This document shows, one piece after another, positions 11,258 to 22,000 of a stretch of DNA of 64,000 nt (the first letter of the stretch is position 1; each line of letters opens with the position of its first letter). Below the pieces are notes generated by a model that saw only the letters and a program-made list of their open reading frames with translations, searched no databases and had not been told where the DNA came from. Made by a program: the position numbers and the translations under genes. The stretch comes from Nemertoderma westbladi (taxonomy: Eukaryota > Animalia > Xenacoelomorpha). Location: assembly GCA_032718475.1 (NCBI GenBank), contig JAUCBJ010004906.1:37156-101155 (forward strand), given 5' to 3'.

Positions 11258-12271
11258 CTACAACCATCTGCCGGTTGCGTTGTAAATGAAACTCTGTTTC
11301 TCCGGATACTCGGGTCTGTAGGTAGCTGGTCCGGGTTTCTCTGTCGGGTCCGGAGCTATCCAACGCTCAGTGTTACTAACGAAGTAAGAACCCCTAATGT
11401 AGCCGCGTCTGGGACCCCCAATGTCTGTGGCGATATCGTAGGCGCCTGGTCCGGGGGCGGGGGGCGTGGGGGGCAGAGCCACGGGGGCCGCCGAGATACC
11501 CAGGTAGTGTCGACGGGGCAGGACGATGCGTTTAGCCGGCTCGATGGGCGCCCCGGGGTTGTACTGGGCGGGACCCGGGCCGGGGGCACCGTCCAACGCC
11601 ACCTTGCGTTGAGTACGGGAACGGAAGCTGGAGACCACGCTCTTAGCTGTTGGATGGAGGATGTCGTCTTTAACGTTGTAATGCCCGGGCGCCGGGGCAA
11701 CGTTAGTGACGTCAGTGAATCCTATTCGCTTACTGGTCGAACGGAATGCGGACGCCGCACCTCCTGACTCCGCCAACGGTTTCCCGCCATCCCGACACGT
11801 CTGTACGTTATACTGCGGCCCGGGTACGTCAGCGACCTTGTCGTGCGGCGCCGCGTACGGGAGAACGAATCCGGCGCTGCGTCGCGTCGGGTTGCGAACC
11901 GAGAGACCCGCGGTCTCGTAGCAACCGGGTCCCGGGGCGGGGTCCCGCTGCGCGCGCGGCATGCGCCTCCCGCGGGACGCGAAGGAACCGGTCCCCTTCG
12001 TGGAGACGGGCCCCCCCACGGAACCCGGTCGGTAGGCCCCAGGGCCCGGTACATCCGAGGTCGTCCCGTCCTCGAACCGCCTCGCCGTGGAACCGAACCC
12101 ACGCGAGTCCGAGTTGTCCGTCACTATGGTACGGTACTTGGAGGGTATCGAGCAGCGGGCTGTTGGTGTGGGTCGACTCTTGTACAACCTACCGACCGCG
12201 CCAGACGGAGCTGTACTCCGTCGGCCCTCCATCGACCCTATTGGTTTAATACTATCCACCATAAAACTCAT
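11258..12271 (-). CDS. STPG1: Sperm-tail PG-rich repeat protein (STPG1/MAPO2-like, SHIPPO repeats), 337 aa, intronless
   Basis: Multiple PGPG.Y repeats; N-terminal SIPSKY...GFGSTARRF and C-terminal KQSFIYN...W match STPG1 motifs as I recall them; GC-rich coding composition. Confidence 0.85.
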   Translation of the reverse strand: MSFMVDSIKPIGSMEGRRSTAPSGAVGRLYKSRPTPTARCSIPSKYRTIVTDNSDSRGFGSTARRFEDGTTSDVPGPGAYRPGSVGGPVSTKGTGSFASRGRRMPRAQRDPAPGPGCYETAGLSVRNPTRRSAGFVLPYAAPHDKVADVPGPQYNVQTCRDGGKPLAESGGAASAFRSTSKRIGFTDVTNVAPAPGHYNVKDDILHPTAKSVVSSFRSRTQRKVALDGAPGPGPAQYNPGAPIEPAKRIVLPRRHYLGISAAPVALPPTPPAPGPGAYDIATDIGGPRRGYIRGSYFVSNTERWIAPDPTEKPGPATYRPEYPEKQSFIYNATGRWL

Positions 12272-12559
12272 AGTTCGTATCGGTGTCGGTGGTAAAATAA
12301 ATTACCAACTTGGTAATAAACTTTGTGGAATTAAAGTGAAATAAATAATCATATAATTGTATTAATTTTATTATATATTTTCAATAATTATCCATAATAT
12401 TTATTCTTAATCAAAATTATAATTCAATTGCAATAATAGCATTATCTTTAAGTTTATATTATAAACGCCACGTCCATCCAAACTAGCAACAATCAGTTTG
12501 TTATTAGGCGGGTTGCCCGGCAACCATTATATTTGCTATGAAACTCCTTAATGATTTAC

Positions 12560-15500
12560 GCGGGTAATTCAAATACTCTGTAATGAATGGGATAATAGTT
12601 TAGGCTTGTTAAGCCAAGGAATGCCTGTTCATCACCATGGGTGATCTTCCACGGTAATCCCTTCCACTCTGTTTCCTAAAGGAATGCCTGTTCACCACCA
12701 TGGGTGATCTTCCACAGTAAACCCTTCCACTCTGTTTCCTAAAGGAATGCCTGTTCACCACCATGGGTGATCTTCCACAGTAAACCCTTCCAATCTGTTT
12801 CCTAAAGGAATGCCTGTTCACCACCATGGGTAATCTTCCACAGTAAACCCTTCCACTCTGTTTCCTAAAGGAATGCCTGTTCACCAACATGGGTGATCTT
12901 CCACAGTAAACCCTTCCACTCTGTTTCCTAAAGGAATGCCTGTTCACCAACATGGGTGATCTTCCACAGTAAACCCTTCCAATCTGTTTCCTAAAGGAAT
13001 GCCTGTTCACCACCACGGGTGATCTTCCACAGTAAACCCTTCCACTCTGTTTCCTAAAGGAATGCCTGTTCACCAACATGGGTGATCTTCCACAGTAAAC
13101 CCTTCCACTCTGTTTCCTAAAGGAATGCCTGTTCACCAACATGGGTGATCTTCCACAGTAAACCCTTCCAATCTGTTTTCTAAAGGAATGCCTGTTCACC
13201 ACCATGGGTAATCTTCCACAGAAAACCCTTCCAATCTGTTTTCTAAAGGAATGCCTGTTCACCACCATGGGTGATCTTCCACAGTAAACCCTTCCACTCT
13301 GTTTCCTAAAGGAATGTCTGTTCACCACCATGGGTGATCTTCCACAGTATACCTTTCCACTCTGTTTCCTAAAGGAATGCCTGTTCACCACCATGGATGA
13401 TCTTCCACAGTAAACCCTTCCAATATGTTTTCTAAAGGAATGCCTGTTCACCACCATGGGTAATCTTCCACAGAAAACCCTTCCAATCTGTTTTCTAAAG
13501 GAATGCCTGTTCACCACCATGGGTGATCTTCCACAGTAAACCCTTCCAATCTGTTTTCTAAAGGAATGCCTGTTCACCACCATGGGTGATCTTCCACAGC
13601 AAACCCTTCCACTCTGTTTCCTAAAGGAATGTCTGTTCACCACCATGGGTGATCTTCCACAGTATACCTTTCCACTCTGTTTCCTAAAGGAACGCCTGTT
13701 CACTACCGTGGGTGATCTCCCACAGTAAACCCTTCCACTCTGTTTCCTAAAGGAATGCCTGTTCACCAACATGGGTGATCTTCCACAGTAAACTCTTCCA
13801 ATCTGTTTTCTAAAGGAATGCCTGTTCACCACCATGGATGATCTTCCACAGTAAACCCTTCCACATTGTCTCATAAAGGAATGTTTGTTCACCACCATGG
13901 GTGATCTTCCACAGTAAACCCTTCCACTCTGTATCCCAAAGGAATGCCTGTTCACTACCATGGGTGATCTTCCACGGTAATCCCTTCCACTCTGTTTCCC
14001 AAAGGAATGCCTGTTCACCAACATGGTTGATCTTCCACAGTAAACCCTTCCACCATGTTTCCTAAAGGAATGCATGTTCACCACCATTGGTGATCTTCCA
14101 TAGTAAACCCTTCCACTCTGTATCCTAAAGGAATGCCTGTTCACCACCATGGATGATCTTCCACTGTAAACCCTTCCACATTGTATCATAAAGGAATGCC
14201 TGTTCACTACCATGGATGATCTTCCACAGTAAACACTTCCACTCTGTTTCCCTTAGGAATGCCTGTTCACCACCATGGGTGATCTTCCACAGTAAATCCT
14301 TCCACTCTGTTACCTAAAGGAATGCCTGTTCACCACCATGGGTGATCTTCCACAGTATACCTTTCCACTCTGTTTCCTAAAGGAATGCCTGTTCACCACC
14401 ATGGATGATCTTCCACTGTAAACCCTTCCACATTGTATCATAAAGGAATGCCTGTTCACTACCATGGATGATCTTCCACAGTAAACACTTCCACTCTGTT
14501 TCCCTTAGGAATGCCTGTTCACCACCATGGGTGATCTTCCACAGTAAATCCTTCCACTCTGTTTCCTAAAGGAATGCCTGTTCACCACCATGGGTGATCT
14601 TCCACAGTAAATCCTTCCACTCTGTTTCCTAAAGGAATGCCTGTTCACCACCAGGGGTGATCTTCCACAGTATACCTTTCCACTCTGTTTCCTAAAGGAA
14701 TGCCTGTTCACCACCATGGATGATCTTCCACTGTAAACCCTTCCACATTGTATCATAAAGGAATGCCTGTTCACTACCATGGATGATCTTCCACAGTAAA
14801 CACTTCCACTCTGTTTCCCTTAGGAATGCCTGTTCACCACCATGGGTGATCTTCCACAGTAAATCCTTCCACTCTGTTTCCTAAAGGAATGCCTGTTCAC
14901 CACCATGGGTGATCTTCCACAGAAAACTCTTCCACAGTAAACCCTTCCACTCTGTTTCCTAAAGGAATACCTTTTCACCACCGGGTGATCTTCCACAGTA
15001 AACCTTTCCACTCTGTTTCATAAAGGAATGCCTGTTCACCAACATGGGTGATCTTCCACAGTAAACTCTTCCACTCTGTTTCCTAAAGGAATACCTTTTC
15101 ACCACCGGGTGATCTTCCACAGTAAACCCTTCCACTCTGTTACCTAAAGGAATGCCTGTTCACCACCATGGGTGATCTCCCACAGTAAACCCTTCCACTC
15201 TGTATCCTAAAGGAATGCCTGTTCACCACCATGGATGATCTTCCACAGTAAACACTTCCACATTGTCTCATAAAGGAATGTCTGTTCACCACCATGGATG
15301 ACCTTCCACAGTAAACCCTCCCACTGTTTCCTAAAGGAATGCCTGTTCACCACCATGGGTGATCTTCCACAGTAAACCCTCCCATTCTGTTTCCTAAAGG
15401 AATGCCTGTTCACCACCATGGGTGATCGTCCACAGTAAACCCTTCCACTCTGTTTCCTAAAGGAATGCCTGTTCACCACCATGTGTTCTTCCACATTAAA

Positions 15501-15802
15501 CCCTTCCACTCTATTTCCTAAAGGAATGCCTGTTCACCACCATGGGTGATCTTCCACAGTAAACCCTTCCACTCTGCTCCCTAAAGGAATGCCTGTTCAC
15601 CATCATGGGTGATCTTCCACAGTAAACCCTTCCACTCTGTTTCCCAAGTTACCTTGGTTCCCATTTATCGACCGTAGGTAAGGGTGAATGCCAGGGTTGG
15701 GCTATGCTGCAGCATTTAAAGCACTGCGTCCAAATAGTGCATGCATCTAAGGGTCGAACCAGGGCTACATGATTGTCCACCACTAGACCAAGCTGCGCTG
15801 CT
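12560..15802 (-). mobile_element. tRNA-derived SINE whose 3' body is expanded into the 63-bp array
   Basis: Minus strand: A-box TGGTCTAGTGG (about 15780-15790), B-box GGTTCGACCC (about 15751-15760), central GCATTCACCC..GGTCGATAAATGGGAACCA, then AACTTGGGAAA running directly into the array. The 3' end is approximate. Confidence 0.68.
12617..15646. repeat. 63-bp minisatellite, about 48 copies
   Basis: Unit AAGGAATGCCTGTTCACCACCATGGGTGATCTTCCACAGTAAACCCTTCCACTCTGTTTCCTA. Confidence 0.97.
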
Positions 15803-15959
15803 TGGTCTGTAAATACTCTGTAATACACATTCAATTACAATATAACGAACTGGCTGTTTTATATCTGCAGTATTAGCTCATTGTGGCAAATATAACAATA
15901 CTACATTATTATTGGTTGGTATGGGGTGCGTAAGTACTAATAGTATGTAATAAGGTTAC

Positions 15960-16093
15960 CTAGCAACACGTTGAGATGACGTATAACAGTGTTCATGGCC
16001 TTGCCACTGGTTCTTTCGTCCTCAGTATAATCATCCTTCAACGGCGTTCCCATAAACTTCATCAATAAACTTATCGTCTTTTGGACGGTTTCT
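15960..16093 (-). CDS. UNC79: UNC79 exon (last one found in window)
   Basis: TTTTAG|A GAA ACC...ETVQKTISLLMKFM...RHLNVLL G|GTAACC. Confidence 0.85.
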
Positions 16094-19000
16094 CTAAAAT
16101 TAGATAACAAAATATTAATCATATTTGGTATTTTAGTGATGTTTGTAAACATGTGACGTCATTAGCTAAAGAGGTTAAATAAAAACGAATTCATGTGAAT
16201 GGCGGTTTTGTATTTCATTTTATTTTTATTTTTCATCGCGAATGCGCCGCGATTGCTATAATTAAGTAAAATGGTCGGACATAATTTAATATATAAATAT
16301 AGGACGTTATATGCAAGCAATATAGTAAAATACTCAGGTTTAATTTATTTTGTAACACTATATCGCTCTATGTTTTATTGAAGAATTGAGCAACAAAAAA
16401 AGTACCAATTTAAGAATAAAATTACGTATTAAAAGGGAAAAAAACACAGAAATTAATTTTCAATATTCTCTCTACCCTTTATTAACCTCGTTGGCGCTCG
16501 GTAAATAAAATACCTCGAGAATAGTGAAAATAATTCTACTTTTTTCCCACGTAATAAATAAATAATTACTATTTTTCGATTTTTTATAACTCAGAATCTA
16601 ATTGAATCACGGCAATCATATCGATTGACTTCTCACTCAATACAATAATATATCAAACAAAATTAACAAATTAATAAAGAAAATTAATCAGCAAAACGCC
16701 AGCCACCCCCCAGCGGTAGATGGAATAAATAAATATGAAAATGTGAACTGTATAAATAAAGTAAACCGTATTTCACGCGGTACTCGCGAGCGGTAATATT
16801 CAAGCAAACGAGCAACTAGAGTTAGTGGAATATAAAATATAGACCAAAGTGAAATACGGGTACTTTATTTAATTCGATTGCACCCGGCTAGACGGACACA
16901 ATATACTGAAATAATATCTTGGTATTATATTTCGCGCTATAAAATAGTACGATCACTATAAATAAACCAGTGAGTTGTTGTCTAATATAATAAATTGGTA
17001 TATAATATAATTACCCACCTGTCTACATGAGACATATCCAATGACTGCGCAGTACCAGAGGCTGTCTGTGGTACCGGTACACCTGTGCCATCAGCTAACG
17101 GGTTGTTCACTGTCAGGTGATTCCCAGAGAACATTCGGTTAGTAAACTCATCCAACGAATGCGCTTTCTGTTTTTCGTTGCTAAAGAGACTGTAAATAAT
17201 AAACAGTATTAAATAAAAATATCGAGAGAAGATTTATACCTTTTAATGCCACTCACCAAGTCCGTTTGTAATATAAACTGTTAGGTTCAATCTTGGTGTA
17301 GTGGTTGCATTGAATTCACATCTCCCGTAGAGATCGTGGGTTCGACCCCGGCATGGGGGACGTCAGTTTTCTTTTCAGCACGAATGCTTTGAAAGGACCA
17401 GCCAGGGCGCTATGCTCTGCCTTGCATCCGTAAGTGGTAGCTAACAGAGTACTGGAGATTCCTCTGGGGAGTATAGTTCTGGAGGGACCGCACTGGAAAT
17501 AAGTTAGCAGAATTTGTGCGTAATCCCTGATCTTAACAGCACTGACTATAATAAAACTATAGTTTCTTACTTTACTTTAAGCTAACAACATACACGATTA
17601 CTATATATACCGGTGTGTTTCATACTGATGTAGAGGTACGGTGCCCTAGTGCCGTAGTGTCAGTAACTTACCCTCACACGGCTGTGTCTGTAACTTACCC
17701 ACACACAGCTGTGTCTGTAACTTACCCACACACAGTAGTGTCAGTAACTTACCCACACACAGCTGTGTCTGTAACTTACCCGCACACAGCTGTGTCAGTA
17801 ACTTACCCACACACAACTGTGTCTGTAACTTACCCACACACAGTAGTGTCAGTAACTTACCCACAAACAGCTGTGTCAGTAACCTACCCACCCACAGTTG
17901 TGTCTGTAACTTACCCACACACAGTTGTGTCTGTAACTTACCCACACACAGCTGTGTCTGTAACTTACCCACCCACAGTTGTGTCTGTAACTTACCCACA
18001 CACAGTTGTGTCTGTAACTTACCCACACACAACTGTGTCTGTAACTTACCCGCACACAGCTGTGTCAGTAACTTACCCACACACAACTGTGTCTGTAACT
18101 TACCCACCCACAGTTGTGTCTGTAACTTACCCACACACAGTTGTGTCTGTAACTTACCCACACACAGCTGTGTCTGTAACTTACCCACACACAGCTGTGT
18201 CTGTAACTTACCCACACACAGTAGTGTCAGTAACTTACCCACACACAACTGTGTCTGTAACTTACCCACACACAGTTGTGTCAGTAACTTACCCACAAAC
18301 AGCTGTGTCAGTAACCTACCCACCCACAGTTGTGTCTGTAACTTACCCACACACAGTTGTGTCTGTAACTTACCCACCCACAGTTGTGTCTGTAACTTAC
18401 CCACACACAGTTGTGTCTGTAACTTACCCACACACAACTGTGTCTGTAACTTACCCGCACACAGCTGTGTCAGTAACTTACCCACACACAACTGTGTCTG
18501 TAACTTACCCACCCACAGTTGTGTCTGTAACTTACCCACACACAGTAGTGTCAGTAACTTACCAACACACAGCTTGTGTCAGTAACTTACCCACACACAG
18601 CTGTATCTTTAACTTACCCGCACACAGTAGTGTCAGTAACTTACCCACACACAGCTTGTGTCAGTAACTTACCCACACACAGTTGTGTCTGTAACTTACC
18701 CACACACAGCTTGTGTCAGTAACTTACCCACACACAGTTGTGTCTGTAACTTACCCACACACAGCTGTGTCTGTAACTTACCCACACATGGCTATGTCTG
18801 TAACTTACCCACACACAGATGTGTCTGTAACTTACCCACACACAGCTGTGTCTGTAACTTACCCACACACAGCAGTGTCTGTAACTTACCCACACACAGC
18901 TGTGTCCCCAGCCTGTCTCATTAGGTACGGATCAGCAGTAACAGCGTTCGCTGACGCCGGCGACGATACTCCTCTACGGAACGGAAGTCTTCCAACGAAC

Positions 19001-22000
19001 TCCGCTCTAAGTGACCGGACGCTCTGAGTTCGGGATCTGTGGACGAGAAGTTAACAAGGATTTATTGTGTTAAAACAATAAACAGAGTTTATCAGATACT
19101 AATATTAGCTATAAACAGACACCATGTAACTATAAACACTATACAAATAATTAATATAGAACGCCAAAAGTAATGACTCTATTAAAAAATTTCGAAAAAT
19201 CCCAAAGAGTCTGAAAACTTGAGAGAGAAGAATAATAATAGTAATTATAGTTCTTGTGATAATTTATAGTTATATATATATATTTTACTAAGTTAGTTTT
19301 AAGTATTTTATAGTGTATACCGGTACTTATTTCATTTAATATTCTACAATAACACTAGGTCTGTGTCTCACCTGGCGAACTTTGCTCTTCGGAGTTTCTT
19401 GGCTAGCACCTCATTCATTCCTAAAACGGCGGCGTTGAAGTTGGACGTTGCTGTCGGAAAGAAACAGTCCCGGTTGTTCTCGAAATCCAGATGGGACTCC
19501 AAGGAAAGCGTGTCGAAACGACCTAGAACAAAAGTATAATAAGCGTGTCAAAACGACCTACAACAAAAGTAAAAAATAAGCGTGTAAAGACGACCTACAA
19601 CAAAAGTATAATAAGCGTGTAAAGACGACCTACAACAAAAGTATAAAATAAGCGTGTAAAGACGACCTACAACAAAAGTATAAAATAAGCGTGTAAAAAC
19701 GATCACAACAAAAGTATATGGCTCAAACTCCCAAAAAGTGGCCAAAAAAATTCATTTTTTTGTAAAAAAAAAAAAGTTTCCCAAAGTATGTAATATTATA
19801 TCACCAGAAAGCTCTCGATGCGCTGAATTCAATGGTGGTAATTTCCCAATAGCCCCGACCTCCTTGTAACAAATAATTGAGAAAAACTGATGTCCATTCC
19901 TGTAACACTTGTCCCACAATGTAACGCCCGATATCAGCCAATCAGAGCCCTTGAATGGTGATTTCCAATGCCTGTAACAATTTGTCCCACCATGTAACAC
20001 CAATTGTAATTACACTGATATGTTAAATTAACCTAGATTTCGTCTCCGAGTGGGAGCTTTGCAGCCATACCTGATCCCAGTAACACCTCCCAATAATAAA
20101 GCTTATTTGAAAATATAATCAATCATAATAAATCTTTATGGTTCATATTTCTGTTTATTGCTTATTATTCTATTACTGTTTATTACTATGACTTTCTGTT
20201 TACTATTAAATTTATAACTGTTATATATCACTATAGCAGATCAGTTAGTCAAAACCCGTAAATTATCAGTTCATCTCCACCCTCCACAGATCCTCCTGTA
20301 CTTCCCACTCCGTCTCCCACACCCTCCACAGATCCTCCTGTACTTCCCAATCCGTCGTCCACACCCTCCACAGATCCTCCTGTACTTCCCATTCCGTCCC
20401 CCACACCCTCCACAGATCCCCCTGCACTTCCCATTCCGTCTCCCACACACCTCCACAGATCCTCCTATACTTCCCACTCCGTCACCCACACCTTCCACAG
20501 ATCCTCCTGTACTTCCCATTCCGTCTCCCACACCCTCCACAGATCCTCCTGTATATCCCACTCCGTCTCCCACACCTTCCACAGATCCTCCTGTACTTCC
20601 CATTCCGTCTCCCACACCCTCCACAGATCCTCCTGTATATCCCACTCCGTCATCCACACCCTCCACAGATCCTCCTACACTTCCAATTCCGTCTCCCGCA
20701 CACCTCCACAGATCCTCCTATACTTCCCACTCCGTCTCCCACACCCTCAACAGATCCTCCTGTACTTCCCACTCCGTCACCCACACCTTCCACAGATCCT
20801 CCTGTACTTCCCATTCCGTCTCCCACACCCTCCACAGATCCTCCTGTATATCCCACTCCGTCACCCACACCCTCCACAGATCCCCCTATACCTCTCACTC
20901 CGTCATCCACACCCTCCACAGATCCTCCTACACTTCCCATTCCGTCTCCCACACACCTCCACAGATCCTCCTATACTTCCCACTCCGTCTCCCACACCCT
21001 CCACAGATCCTCCTGCACTTCCCATTCCGTCTCCCACACCCTCCACAGATCCTCCTGTACTTCCCATTCCGTCCCCCACACCCTCCACAGATCCTCCTGC
21101 ACTTCCCATTCCGTCTCCCACACACCTCCACAGATCCTCCTATACTTCCCACTCCGTCACCCACACCTTCCACAGATCCTCCTGTACTTCCCATTCCGTC
21201 TCCCACACCCTCCACAGATCCTCCTGTATATCCCACTCCGTCACCCACACCCTCCACAGATCCCCCTATACCTCTCACTCCGTCATCCACACCCTCCACA
21301 GATCCTCCTACACTTCCCATTCCGTCTCCCGCACACCTCCACAGATCCTCCTATACTTCCCACTCCGTCTCCCACACCCTCAACAGATCCTACTGTACTT
21401 CCCACTCCGTCTCCCACACCCTCCACAGATCCCCCCATACCTCCCACTCCGTCACCCACACCCTCCACAGATAATTCTGTACTTCGTATTCAGTCTCCCA
21501 CACCCTCCACAGATCCTCATGTACTTCCCACTCCGTCTCCAACACCCACCACAGACCTTCCTGTACTTCCCACTCCGTCACCCACACCCTCCACAGATCC
21601 TCTTGTACTTGCCACTCCGTCTCCCACACCCTCCACAGATCCTCCTGTATATCCCACTCCGTCACCCAGACCCTCCACAGATCCTCTTGTACTTCCCACT
21701 CCGTCTCCCACACCCTCCACAGATCCTCCTGTATATCCCACTCCGTTTCCCCACACCCTCCACAGATCATCCCATACTTCCCACTCCATCTTTCCCACCC
21801 TCCACAGATCCTCCTGAGCTTCCCACTCCGTCTCCCACATCCTCCACAGATCCTCCTGAGCTTCCCACTCCGTCTCCCACACTCCTCTCGCCCCTCCGAC
21901 TGCCCCCCCTTGCACCTCTACCTTTTCCCCTCTGACCTCCAACTGCTCCCCTTGCACCTCTATCTTTTTCCCTCCCACCTCTAACTGCTCCCTTCACAAC

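Noticed and set aside
11356-12344. Several alternative-frame and antisense ORFs over STPG1 (also 152-649 over furin)
   Set aside because: Expected stop-codon scarcity in GC-rich coding sequence; no recognisable motifs.
12609-15509. 534-aa and shorter repetitive ORFs (MVVNRHSFRKQSGRVYCGRSP)n
   Set aside because: Translation of a 63-bp minisatellite inside a SINE, broken by indels and stops and with no unique domain.
17293-17365. Possible tRNA genes (also about 6390, 15750-15800 and 56975)
   Set aside because: A/B boxes are present but I could not fold an intact cloverleaf, and each runs on into SINE-like body sequence.
17615-19027. 350-aa and 297-aa repeat ORFs (VSVTYPHT; GKLQTQLCV)
   Set aside because: 27-bp intronic array. 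In the UNC79 reading frame the array starts with a stop.
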